A DNA stretch of 64,000 nt from an uncultured Thermoplasmata archaeon (lineage in GTDB: Archaea > Thermoplasmatota > Thermoplasmata > UBA10834). The translations under genes and the position numbers were made by a program. The stretch is taken from assembly GCA_963719945.1 (NCBI GenBank), contig CAVRDX010000003.1, positions 192,001-256,000 on the forward strand, in the 5' to 3' direction. Below the pieces are notes generated by a model that was not told where the DNA came from, did no database searches, and saw only the letters and a program-made list of their open reading frames with translations. This document shows, in pieces, positions 28,006 through 37,660 of this stretch. Numbering within the stretch: the first letter of the stretch is position 1; the number at the start of each line of letters is the position of its first letter.

Positions 28006-28926
28006 TCATGGCGCTGATACAGTCAGTGACTCGGAGGCTATGACTATCTTACCATCAGAAGCCTCGATGTACGCTTTGATCAGTTTATACAGTCCACTCT
28101 TGATTTCTCGTCTGTGCCTGGCGTCGGTGATGTACCTGACACTCAGCGCGATCCAATTGTCCGTGACGGTGACAAAAACGGAAGGCTCGACCGCGCGTGC
28201 AGAGAAATAGTACTTCTGCATGATCGCTGCCATCTGCTTCTCAGCATCTGCCACATAACGTTCCGTCTCCTTCCGGGCGATATCCTCGAAGTCCTTCGCG
28301 GCCTTCCTCCAATCGGAGTCATAGGTCAGCGGCAATGTGATTTCATCCCATATGAAGCTGTGATCCTTTGTGTAGTTGATGACGCTCTTTGATAGGACTA
28401 CACCGTTTGGCATCATCGATAATCGCCCGGTCGCCTGGTCCCCGTCCACCCACTCTCTTATCTCAAGAAGCGTCGTGTACATCATACCGATATCGATCAC
28501 ATCGCCGAATCTCGAATCGATCTCAACACGGTCGCCGATCCTGTATATGCTGGTCAGAAAGATTGTCAATCCTCCGACGAAGTTCTTGAAGAGGTCCTGC
28601 AATGCGATTGCGATTCCTGCACCCATTATCCCATATGACACGAATAGGGCATCCGTGCTCGTTGCCCAGATCTGGGTCAGTATGGCAAAGAAGATCAGGA
28701 CATAGATGATCGATATCGCTTTCCTGACAGAATACTTGGTCTTCCCGTCCTTGATGCTCCGGGCCAGGAAGTGTTCAAGGGCCAGCTTGAAGACGAAATA
28801 TATTATTGCAAGTGCCAGGAATGTATAGAATCCCTTTTCGATGTACTGGTCGGGATAGTAGTAATTGGCAATCCATAGTAGAATAGCCGCGACGATCTGT
28901 CCCGAAAGCGCAAGGCTCTTGTTCGT
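28006..28926 (-). CDS. Small-conductance mechanosensitive channel (MscS family), start uncertain
   Basis: IALQDLFKNFVGG, YRIGDRVEI, GDVIDIG, PNG. The open frame with TM helices extends about 95 codons upstream of the tracked GTG at 28641 with no ATG/GTG/TTG. Confidence 0.85.
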   Translation of the reverse strand, partial: TNKSLALSGQIVAAILLWIANYYYPDQYIEKGFYTFLALAIIYFVFKLALEHFLARSIKDGKTKYSVRKAISIIYVLIFFAILTQIWATSTDALFVSYGIMGAGIAIALQDLFKNFVGGLTIFLTSIYRIGDRVEIDSRFGDVIDIGMMYTTLLEIREWVDGDQATGRLSMMPNGVVLSKSVINYTKDHSFIWDEITLPLTYDSDWRKAAKDFEDIARKETERYVADAEKQMAAIMQKYYFSARAVEPSVFVTVTDNWIALSVRYITDARHRREIKSGLYKLIKAYIEASDGKIVIASESLTVSAP

Positions 28927-28983
28927 CTCACCACTCCCCCGAATCGAATCCTCTGGGCGTAGTAAGCGTCTTCATGATATGAA

Positions 28984-29544
28984 TCATTTCTGCATGCGCT
29001 TCGATCTTGCTTTTCCATTGGATCGAATGACCCTTCGCTCGAACTCTGTCTCCCACCAGTTCGCGTATCTTCTCAGCCCATCCGACCGTCGCTGTATGGC
29101 CTGGACGGCGACCTCACGTGCGATTCTCGCATGCTCGATCTCCCAATTCTTCCTCAATCCCTTCGGCACTGTCAGATAGCTAGGGGACTCATCGATGAAC
29201 CGTGGCAGCAGCCTGGTCATTGCGTATATGTCGCATGCACGTTCGCCTCCTGGCAATCCTTTGGTGTTGAACTGGGCCAGGTGCATCAGTTCATGGGCCA
29301 TGGTCCAATAGGTCGGAAGCTTCCATCTCCCATCTCGTGTCTTTCGGACCTCCAGCATCAGCTTGACAAAACCATCCTCTGACTGAAAGACGGATCCCTC
29401 ATAGGCTCTCGTGATTCCGATCTTCATCTTCGGCCTGATCTCAGGGAAGTATTTGTGCAATCTTTCCAGACGCGTCTCCAGGGTCTTTCTCTCGGACGAA
29501 GGTACCTTCATCGCGTTCCTGGTCCAACTGATCTCGAGCGGCAT
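28984..29544 (-). CDS. HExxH zincin-like hypothetical protein
   Basis: TMAHELMHLAQ followed by ERACD. Confidence 0.65.
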   Translation of the reverse strand: MPLEISWTRNAMKVPSSERKTLETRLERLHKYFPEIRPKMKIGITRAYEGSVFQSEDGFVKLMLEVRKTRDGRWKLPTYWTMAHELMHLAQFNTKGLPGGERACDIYAMTRLLPRFIDESPSYLTVPKGLRKNWEIEHARIAREVAVQAIQRRSDGLRRYANWWETEFERRVIRSNGKARSKRMQK

Positions 29545-29590
29545 TGAGCTACCCCAATGCTTCTCATATCTTTTATTCAATGCCCTCGCA

Positions 29591-30349
29591 CTACCGCGAA
29601 TCCTCGATGACCCGTCCGTCAATACCGACCACTGTGACCGTGACTGGAGCGGTTCTGCCTACCCTCCTCATGGCTTCGGTGACCATGCGCATCAGGCCAT
29701 TGCAGCATGGAACCTCCATTATGACTACTTCGACGCTCTTGGGGACAGATTCCTGGAAGAGTGCAGTGAGCTTTGCAAGATAAGCTTCCTGGTCATCGAG
29801 CTTAGGACACCCTATGACCATCGGCTTGCCCTTGAGGAATCTCTTGTGAAATCCCCCGAACGCGAATGGGACACAGTCTGCCGCGATTAGGATGTCCGCG
29901 TTCTTGTAGAACGGTGATCCTGGTTGGATCAGCTTCCATTGTACTGGCCAGTTGGTCAATTCCGATGGTGTGTGCGATATCTCGCTCCCACCTACTCCGG
30001 ATACATGTTGGGCGATTTTCCGTACGACCATTGGCTTCGAGGATGGGCATCCGCAGGGCGCCTCCGATGAATGGTCATGGACTAGATTCTCGGCATGAGT
30101 GAGCCCCTGGCTCTTGAGGTGGACCTTCACCGCTTCCTCATCGAAGGCAGACGATTCCCTTTCAACGATCCTGAGCGCATCCTTCGGACAGCCGCCCATG
30201 CAGGCACCGAGCCCGTCACAGAAGATCTCGCTGATGACCTTCGCCTTCCCATCGACTATTTTGAGCGCTCCTTCAGCGCATGCAAGTACACACTGACCAC
30301 AACCGTCACATCTGTCCTCGTCTATCTCGATGATCTTCCTGATTGGCAT
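29591..30349 (-). CDS. 4Fe-4S ferredoxin-domain iron-sulfur protein
   Basis: CDGCGQCVLAC, CDGLGACMGGCP, CGCP, WPVQ, ADC, GCPKLD, MEVPCC. Confidence 0.9.
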   Translation of the reverse strand: MPIRKIIEIDEDRCDGCGQCVLACAEGALKIVDGKAKVISEIFCDGLGACMGGCPKDALRIVERESSAFDEEAVKVHLKSQGLTHAENLVHDHSSEAPCGCPSSKPMVVRKIAQHVSGVGGSEISHTPSELTNWPVQWKLIQPGSPFYKNADILIAADCVPFAFGGFHKRFLKGKPMVIGCPKLDDQEAYLAKLTALFQESVPKSVEVVIMEVPCCNGLMRMVTEAMRRVGRTAPVTVTVVGIDGRVIEDSR

Positions 30350-30446
30350 CCTTTCACCTCTGATTCGATCCGCGTAGGGCACCCATGCGGTCGGAAACGA
30401 TAATAATCATCGCCTAACAGCGTCCAACGATGGTTGCCATCCCATC

Positions 30447-31343
30447 TCAGCGGGATGTATTGTCACCATTGTGCAGGAGCCAGTTCAACCTGGAGTGGGA
30501 AGTGTGCAGCCTATCGCCGATCACGCTTGCGACGAAGCTCGTGGGTGGGATCAGAAACGCCACGGATGCAGCCAGAGAGACGAGTTTCGTGATCTTTCTC
30601 ATCTTCCAGACCTCTGCGATGTACTCTGCATCGTCCACACTCTCCTTGTATATCATCGACCTGAAGATGGCGCTCTGGAGCCTTCGCACGAGAATAGTGG
30701 TCATCCAGACGACGTCCTTCAGGCTGGTGTACCGTCCTTCGTAGTTCGTCTTCTTGTTCACGATAGCCTTTCTCAGGTCCTCTGCCGTCGTGCCCTCGAA
30801 AGTCGTGCAGCAGTCCCCTACCATCATGGGTGCGTGTGCGTCGCTGCTGCCTGTCAGTGCCGTCTCGATGTCCCTGCACTTCTGTATGGCCAGGTCGTTG
30901 GAGTACCGGTCACGATGAAACGCGTTGAACACCTCGACACCATCTAGATCGAGATTGAATATCCTGTCTCCGAGAGCGCTACAATGGGAACTGAACGGGT
31001 GAGGGGCTATGGCCACGCCTCCCATGCCATGCACAATATCTATGGTCTCCTCAACCGAGAGCCCCTTCGGGACATTCTCGCTCAGGAATAATCCCAGGAG
31101 TTCCCCATCCGCCGTGAGTATCTCCTCTCCGACGACGACCTCGACTGACTTCGCATATTTCTGTGCCTCAAGACCTCCCCTTATGCTGTTGTGGTCAGTC
31201 ACACAGAGCACATTGAGCCCTCTCCTCTCCGCTGCTTCGACGACCTCCTTCGGCTCGGAGACGCAATCGGGCAGTTCGAGAAACAGGATCTTGGACATGC
31301 CGGAGTACTTCGTATGTGTGTGCAGGTCAGCGATGCCCTTCAT
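30447..31343 (-). CDS. PHP-domain metal-dependent phosphoesterase
   Basis: DLHTHT, TDHN, GEEI, APHPF, GSSDAH. Confidence 0.9.
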   Translation of the reverse strand: MKGIADLHTHTKYSGMSKILFLELPDCVSEPKEVVEAAERRGLNVLCVTDHNSIRGGLEAQKYAKSVEVVVGEEILTADGELLGLFLSENVPKGLSVEETIDIVHGMGGVAIAPHPFSSHCSALGDRIFNLDLDGVEVFNAFHRDRYSNDLAIQKCRDIETALTGSSDAHAPMMVGDCCTTFEGTTAEDLRKAIVNKKTNYEGRYTSLKDVVWMTTILVRRLQSAIFRSMIYKESVDDAEYIAEVWKMRKITKLVSLAASVAFLIPPTSFVASVIGDRLHTSHSRLNWLLHNGDNTSR

Positions 31344-31401
31344 TATCGCCTCCGATGCGTATGGATATAGAAATCATTTTCCCATTAACCTGGTCCATTA
31401 A

Positions 31402-31854
31402 TCACAAGCGTCCTCTGGAGAATGACTGAGACGTCTCCTCCTTTTCGAACGATTCTGCTAGCAACTGCCCCAGGATCACGCCGATGAACCCGGCGAAGAC
31501 GAATAGCATCAGGAGTATGACGGTCATGTTAAGGAAGAACATGATGTACAGGTCTGGGAAAATAACCTTGAAGTCGTAGAACAGGAATGGGGTCGAGTAG
31601 GCGATAATTGCCAATATGTATCCGATGAAGACGTAGAGTATCACAGTCACTATTGCGAGGTCCGTCCTTCTGGTCAGGTATCCTGAGGGCATTCCGAATA
31701 GCGCTGCCAGAAGGAACGCAGCCAGCAAGTTCTTCCCCAACGATAGGGACGAGAGATTGGGGAACACGAAATCGAAAGTCATGAACGCTATGGCAGGCGC
31801 GCTGAATAGGGCTACCATGAACATCCTGGTCCAATCCTCTCTCCTGATCTTCAC
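31402..31854 (-). CDS. Four-TM membrane protein
   Basis: Four hydrophobic segments. GTGA overlap with the upstream gene. Confidence 0.75.
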   Translation of the reverse strand: MKIRREDWTRMFMVALFSAPAIAFMTFDFVFPNLSSLSLGKNLLAAFLLAALFGMPSGYLTRRTDLAIVTVILYVFIGYILAIIAYSTPFLFYDFKVIFPDLYIMFFLNMTVILLMLFVFAGFIGVILGQLLAESFEKEETSQSFSRGRL

Positions 31855-32450
31855 AGGTATTCACCATCCAGGTAACTCAGATCTATCCTGACCATGTCGT
31901 TGAGGTATATCTCCTTGTATGTCTGGTAGTCGTGAGGGAAATCCGCTATCCATCCAGTGACCCTGAAGTCGTGCATGTAGGGTACGGTTCCAAATGTGTA
32001 ATCGTAGCCTTGGGTCTTCGAATAGTTTATGAAGCCATCTATGCTGGCAAGCTTAGCCGGGTCCGAGACAATAGCCTGATAGGTGAATGTCTCGACACTC
32101 TTCTTCTCGATAGTGAATCCTCCCCCGGTTCCATTATAGACGGTGGCAATCGGGATGATAAATACGCCATCTGTGCGATTCTGTATCGTTACTGTCCAGC
32201 TGATCGTGAAGATATTGAGTTCAAGTTTCGATGGATTGTCCAGTTGAATGTCGATTCTCACCAAGAGCGAACCGTTCTCAAGTATCTCCGCGCATTCGAC
32301 AGCGTTCATTAGGACAACACTCTCGTTCGCGTCCATCACATTGACATAAGTATAGGCGGATACAATCAACGCCCCCGCGAAGAAGATTGCAGATGCTATG
32401 CTCAGCATCGATACGAACCATCTCTTCCTAAGCTCTGCAGCCACGCCCAA
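31851..32450 (-). CDS. Membrane-anchored protein with beta-rich extracellular domain
   Basis: N-terminal TM, then VRIDIQLDNPS (LEA2/Ig-like). Lies 35 nt after oppF. Confidence 0.72.
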   Translation of the reverse strand: MGVAAELRKRWFVSMLSIASAIFFAGALIVSAYTYVNVMDANESVVLMNAVECAEILENGSLLVRIDIQLDNPSKLELNIFTISWTVTIQNRTDGVFIIPIATVYNGTGGGFTIEKKSVETFTYQAIVSDPAKLASIDGFINYSKTQGYDYTFGTVPYMHDFRVTGWIADFPHDYQTYKEIYLNDMVRIDLSYLDGEYL

Positions 32451-32485
32451 GTCATCAGCCTTCCTTTACTCAGAGCGGAATGGGG

Positions 32486-34360
32486 TCATACAGATTGTTT
32501 CCTATACAGATAGCAGGCAGCCTGTTGTTCGCCGACATCGAACTGGGGCGGCTCCGCGACAGTCCTGAACTTAACGACAACAGCCCCCTGCGTTCCCTTG
32601 TTCGGTTTGATTGATATGTCTGTCACGGCCGCTGCGCATCTGTGATCGCCGCTTTCGCCCTTATTGCGTAGGAAGCTCTTGAGGCTTGATTCCAGCTTCT
32701 TCCAGTTCTCATCCGGGCCCATTATCCTAACAGTAATCCGACTGCCTTTGACCTTGATTGGAAGCAGGAGTCCTCCGAGGCCGTCCATGCTCTCTTTGAT
32801 GTAGATATCAGTTATAAGTTTGGAAACGTCCCTTGCTACTTTGTAGCCTGGCTCTTTGGACGCGTCACAAGTGACTGTGACCGTCTTTCCTGAGGAGCTG
32901 AGTGATATCGTCTTTATGCCCTTGAACTCCGGCCGGCTCATCTTGCGGTAATGTTTGACGAAATCTTTGAGGAAAGCCTCTATCGTGCTGAGGTTCTCCT
33001 CTGTTCCGTCCCCGACATCCACGGTCAACTTGTTGTTTTCTCTGCGCATGCCAGTGATGATGCCATGCATCGGATGGTCGATCTCTTTGTAACGTACAAT
33101 CGATTCGAGCTCCGTGAATAGTTCGGTCACGAGGTCATTGGCCGATAACTCCGCTGAGCCGCATCGTATCTCGATGATGCGGTCGGTCAGGGTGGTGTCG
33201 ATACTCTCAATCGCTCGGAACATCGGGTTCGCGCTGCTTGCCTGAGCGGTCTTATCCCTGAGGAAGCTGAGGATCTTCTCTGAATTCCCACCTCCCTTGA
33301 GATGGAATCCCAACACGAATTCATCGGGGTGCAGCTTGTCCACTTCAGTGGTCAGTACGCTGTCTGGATTCAGTAGGTCATTCCCTTCCAACCATTCGAC
33401 CAGATCCTCTCCCTGCCATCCACATTCCTCGAAAGCCTTCGGGCATCTTGGTCTGAACCGACATCCGAGCGGTACATTCGCAGCGCTCGGCACCTCTCCC
33501 TTAATCTTGATACGTCCATGCTTTGCTTCAGGGTCCGGGACAGGCACCGCAGATATCAGAGCCTGCGTGTAGGGGTGTTTCGGTGCGAGTATTATGCTCT
33601 CCGTTTCCCCGATTTCCACTACCCTGCCGAGGTACATGACGGCCAACCGATCGCTGACATACCTCGCGACTGCGATATCGTGAGTGATGAATAGGTACGG
33701 TATGCCATATTTGTCTCTCAGGTCCAGCATAAGGTTCAACACGCCTGCTCGTATCGAGACATCGAGCATGGAGACTGGCTCATCTGCAACAATGACCTTG
33801 GGCTTGATCACGAGCGCACGTGCGATTGACACTCGCTGTCTCTGACCGCCGCTGAGTTCATGAGGGAACCTGTTGAGATACTCCTTCGCAGGCGCCAATC
33901 CGGCGTCCTCCAACGCCTGGATAACCATCTCTATCCTAGCTTCCTGGGTATCTCCTATGTTGTGATTTATGAGTGGTTCCATGACTGTCTGCAGTACGGT
34001 GTTTCTTGGATTGAGTGACTCATACGGGTCCTGGAAGACCATCTGAATGTTGCGTCTGAATACCTTGACATCCTGCCCTTCCAAGAGCGCTATATCTCTG
34101 CCCAAGAAGAATACGAAGCCTTCGGTAGGATCTTCGAGCCGTGTGAGCAGCCTGCCAACCGTTGTCTTGCCGCATCCACTCTCTCCGACGAGTCCGAGAA
34201 CTTCGCCCGATCGGATGTCAAAGTTGACATCATCGACGGCTTTGACATAGATTGGTTCTTTGCCGAATGATAGGAATCCTTTCTTCAACTCGAAGAACTT
34301 CTTTAGAGCCCTCACCTTGATGATGACATGCCTCCTCTGCGTCCTCGTTTGCATGTCCAT
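32486..34360 (-). CDS. Oligopeptide ABC transporter ATPase OppF/DppF with about 290-aa insertion
   Basis: [40 protein letters not shown]...C, and terminal AACYL. Confidence 0.93.
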   Translation of the reverse strand: MDMQTRTQRRHVIIKVRALKKFFELKKGFLSFGKEPIYVKAVDDVNFDIRSGEVLGLVGESGCGKTTVGRLLTRLEDPTEGFVFFLGRDIALLEGQDVKVFRRNIQMVFQDPYESLNPRNTVLQTVMEPLINHNIGDTQEARIEMVIQALEDAGLAPAKEYLNRFPHELSGGQRQRVSIARALVIKPKVIVADEPVSMLDVSIRAGVLNLMLDLRDKYGIPYLFITHDIAVARYVSDRLAVMYLGRVVEIGETESIILAPKHPYTQALISAVPVPDPEAKHGRIKIKGEVPSAANVPLGCRFRPRCPKAFEECGWQGEDLVEWLEGNDLLNPDSVLTTEVDKLHPDEFVLGFHLKGGGNSEKILSFLRDKTAQASSANPMFRAIESIDTTLTDRIIEIRCGSAELSANDLVTELFTELESIVRYKEIDHPMHGIITGMRRENNKLTVDVGDGTEENLSTIEAFLKDFVKHYRKMSRPEFKGIKTISLSSSGKTVTVTCDASKEPGYKVARDVSKLITDIYIKESMDGLGGLLLPIKVKGSRITVRIMGPDENWKKLESSLKSFLRNKGESGDHRCAAAVTDISIKPNKGTQGAVVVKFRTVAEPPQFDVGEQQAACYLYRKQSV

Positions 34361-35370
34361 CACCCCCTCCTGAGCTTATCCCAAAGCTCTCCGGCAAAAT
34401 GGCAATACACCACATGGCCAGGTTCTATCTCTATGCCTTTCGGTCTCTCCTCAGAGCATCTTGCCTGGATATATTGGCATCTTGGATGGAATGGGCAACC
34501 GCTAGGCGGATTGACCAGGTCAGGCGGGAATCCAGGGATGGTCTCCAATCTCTTCTTCTCCCCTTTTATCGATGGGAATGAATTCAGCAGACCAGCGGTA
34601 TACGGATGAGCCGTGTTCTTGAACACCTGAGCCGTCTTGCCAATCTCCATCAACATGCCCGCATACATAACCCCAATCTTGTCGGAAACCTCTGCGACAA
34701 CGGAGACGTCGTGTGTGATGATCATCATGGCCATGTTGAGCTTCTCCTGAAGCTTCTTGATCTCCATCAGAATTCTATCTTGGGTTATGACATCGAGCGC
34801 GGTCGTGGGCTCATCAGCAATTATGAACGATGGTTTGAGGGCGAGCGCGAGTGCGATCATCGCCCTCTGTTTCATGCCACCGCTGAACTCGTGAGGGTAA
34901 TTGTTTATTCTATCTGGAGAGATACCAACGAATTCGAAGAGTTCCTTGGCTCTCTTCTTGGCGGCCTCGTCGTCCACATCCTCATGTAACTGGATCGCCT
35001 CAACTATGAGGTCACCGATTCTAAAGACTGGGTTGAACGCGTTCATGGCTCCCTGGAATATCATCGAGATTTCAGTCCAACGTATCGCACGGATTTTCTC
35101 GTTGTAGTCATCCAGTGAACCATCTTTTCTGATAGAGAGTTGGAGGAGATCCCTCCCTTTGAAGTAGATGTGTCCTCCCTTTATGTATCCATTTGGCGGG
35201 AGCAGTTGCGTTATCGCATAGGCCGCCGTGGTCTTGCCGCATCCACTCTCTCCAACGAGGCCCATGGTCTCGCCTGAGTTGATGGTAAAGGTGACATCAT
35301 CCACGGCTCTCACCCAGCCGTTCTGGATCTTGAAATGCACTTTGAGGTTCTTTACTTCGAGTAGGGACAT
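34360..35370 (-). CDS. Oligopeptide ABC transporter ATPase OppD/DppD
   Basis: [37 protein letters not shown]...C...CH. Confidence 0.95.
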   Translation of the reverse strand: MSLLEVKNLKVHFKIQNGWVRAVDDVTFTINSGETMGLVGESGCGKTTAAYAITQLLPPNGYIKGGHIYFKGRDLLQLSIRKDGSLDDYNEKIRAIRWTEISMIFQGAMNAFNPVFRIGDLIVEAIQLHEDVDDEAAKKRAKELFEFVGISPDRINNYPHEFSGGMKQRAMIALALALKPSFIIADEPTTALDVITQDRILMEIKKLQEKLNMAMMIITHDVSVVAEVSDKIGVMYAGMLMEIGKTAQVFKNTAHPYTAGLLNSFPSIKGEKKRLETIPGFPPDLVNPPSGCPFHPRCQYIQARCSEERPKGIEIEPGHVVYCHFAGELWDKLRRG

Positions 35371-35374
35371 GTTA

Positions 35375-37660
35375 TCACCTCTTCCTCAAACGCGGATTGA
35401 CTACCTCGTCGAACGATCTACCTATCAGGTAGAAGGCGAGAGAGAGCAGCGTTATGGCTATGCCCGGGGGCAGGAGCCACCAGGGCGCGTCCAAGGAGTG
35501 TCCACTGATCTGCAGGAACTGCAGCATCATACCCCACGTTATGTTTGTCGGGTCGCCGAAACCCAGAAACGCCAGGATGGCTTCGGTCACAATCGCGCCG
35601 CTGATGTTGAATGTCATATAGAGGAAAGTGTAAGGGAGCACATTTGGTCCTATATGCTTGAATATGAGTCGGTTGTCTGATGCTCCAGCAACTCTTGCTG
35701 CATCCACGAAAGCCCTTTGCTTGAATGAGAGGGTGACTGAACGTATGACTCTCGCTATGCCCGCCCATGATAGTATCGCGAAAATGATGATGATATTTAG
35801 GAGCGAAGGTCCGAATACTGCTGCAAACAATAACATTATGACTAGGTATGGGAGACTCAACATGACGTCAGTTGCGCGCATCAAAAGGTCGTCGAGCAAG
35901 CCTCCGTAAAACCCTGCAACCAGCCCCACTATTGTTCCGATGACCACTGAGAAGAACGCTGCTGTTATGCCGACGAGCAGCTCCGCTCTTGTTCCCCACA
36001 TCACCTGCGTGAGGATGTCATGCCCCTCATAATCGGTTCCCAACGGGTAGTAGTTGCCTGATGGGTAGGTTCCCGGGGCCAGAGGAGCCACGTTCACACC
36101 AGTAAGCGTCTCGAGGAACAGTTGGTTGCTTTCAGTGACCACACCGAAGTAGTTGCCAGCCCTGCTCATCTCTATGTATATGTTGCCCAAGTATTCCACG
36201 GGTGTGACCGCCCCTCCTCCGGGGGCGCTGAAGGTCGCGTTGATCTTCATCAGCGCGTTCACTAAGTATATCGCCCCATCATCCGTGCTAAATACATACA
36301 TCAGCTGACCTGAGACATATTGCGGGTCGCTGTTCAGATATCCACCTACCGTGGCGAACATCGTATTGTTCGCGCCTACTCTTCCCGTTTCCTTGTCTAG
36401 GCCTGCAATAACGCCGCGCTCGTCGTTGGTCTTTCCGACCATCACAAGGAAATCAGGAGCCGGATAGAGCGAAGTGATATCGAAGCTTCTCACACCTGTC
36501 AACAGGAGTTTGCTGGACCAGGTCAAGTTGCCGGTCACCCTATCATAAGCCACGACCATCCCGTCCTGCGATGCGAGTGCGACATACTCTTTCCCAAGTG
36601 CAGTAGTGGGCGCATAGGGGTAAGGGAATACGATCATGTTGTTCCCCGCTATCGGCTGGTAGGCTTCACCATCGATAGTGTAATTGCTGGTCCAAGCCAC
36701 CCCTTCGATCGTGATGTTGGTGACCGTCTTCGTAACATTTGTCTTGGTCACATTGAGGTTGTATGCACGTATGCCCAGATCCGTAGGAACGAATAGCATG
36801 CTTCCGTTTTCGAACTCACCGTCCACAACCAGCGGATTCCCGATGATTGTGGCGTCATCGATCGTCAGATTGTTTATGTAGTCGAAGGAATCGAAGCCTG
36901 GCTCGAATATTGTCGCAGGCCTCTTGTTTATCATCCAGACATTGTGATCATCTGCGAATGCCAAGGCGAGTCTCGCACTTTGGACGACGAATGAGAACCC
37001 ATTCCATAGATTCGAGTTGTACTTTGGCACAAATGGTATCTCGTACTGGCGTACGAGATCAAAGGTACTAGTCGTGCTTGTCGGGACGAATGAGCTGTAT
37101 TCGTATAATGTGGCGGTCCCAGTGACAGGATCGGTGGTGTTGACTATGAAGAAGAAAGTCGTCGAGAATAGCACATGGTTCATGTATGATGCGTTGGCTG
37201 GAAGGTGTATCGTTGTGGGACTACTGATGTCTATCCCGATCTCATCTGTCTCTGCGCTGATCCCATAGGTGACAGGGTAGACGATAGTCGTCCCGTCTTC
37301 AGAATATGCCAGAATTCGCTCAAGCGGGTGATCTCTATTCAGAGAATCTGTCAATCCCATTAATCTGGTCCAGTTCTGACCAGCCGTCAGGTTCAGCAAC
37401 GCATAGTCCGCCACAAAGGTATCGATTGCAGGCGCTCTGAAATCCTTGTCGTATGGGGCGAGCCAGGGCGCTCCTAATGCCATTATGAAGAACGCTAAAA
37501 CGATAGCCAACCCCGCGATTCCAGTCTTAGACTGTCTATAGAGTTTCCATGTGGACTTGAAGCTCTTCCAGAACTTCCTGAGCGCCTTCTGGCCTGCCTC
37601 CTGAAACTCTCTCGCATCGGATCTCTTGCTGGTTTCATCTGTCTTAGTATCTTCCGTCAA
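35375..37660 (-). CDS. Oligopeptide ABC permease OppC with about 450-aa extracellular insertion
   Basis: APWLAPYD N-terminus, PLGTDYEGHDI, FVDAARVAGAS EAA-type loop, NPRLR end. Confidence 0.92.
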   Translation of the reverse strand: MTEDTKTDETSKRSDAREFQEAGQKALRKFWKSFKSTWKLYRQSKTGIAGLAIVLAFFIMALGAPWLAPYDKDFRAPAIDTFVADYALLNLTAGQNWTRLMGLTDSLNRDHPLERILAYSEDGTTIVYPVTYGISAETDEIGIDISSPTTIHLPANASYMNHVLFSTTFFFIVNTTDPVTGTATLYEYSSFVPTSTTSTFDLVRQYEIPFVPKYNSNLWNGFSFVVQSARLALAFADDHNVWMINKRPATIFEPGFDSFDYINNLTIDDATIIGNPLVVDGEFENGSMLFVPTDLGIRAYNLNVTKTNVTKTVTNITIEGVAWTSNYTIDGEAYQPIAGNNMIVFPYPYAPTTALGKEYVALASQDGMVVAYDRVTGNLTWSSKLLLTGVRSFDITSLYPAPDFLVMVGKTNDERGVIAGLDKETGRVGANNTMFATVGGYLNSDPQYVSGQLMYVFSTDDGAIYLVNALMKINATFSAPGGGAVTPVEYLGNIYIEMSRAGNYFGVVTESNQLFLETLTGVNVAPLAPGTYPSGNYYPLGTDYEGHDILTQVMWGTRAELLVGITAAFFSVVIGTIVGLVAGFYGGLLDDLLMRATDVMLSLPYLVIMLLFAAVFGPSLLNIIIIFAILSWAGIARVIRSVTLSFKQRAFVDAARVAGASDNRLIFKHIGPNVLPYTFLYMTFNISGAIVTEAILAFLGFGDPTNITWGMMLQFLQISGHSLDAPWWLLPPGIAITLLSLAFYLIGRSFDEVVNPRLRKR

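Noticed and set aside
24931-29000. tRNA-anchored integrative element at tRNA-Thr or tRNA-Arg
   Set aside because: No integrase, transposase or duplicated tRNA 3' end was found in the window.
32555-33420. Intein in OppF
   Set aside because: No C-terminal HN-C/S/T splice motif or endonuclease motifs. The insert looks like tandem repeats.
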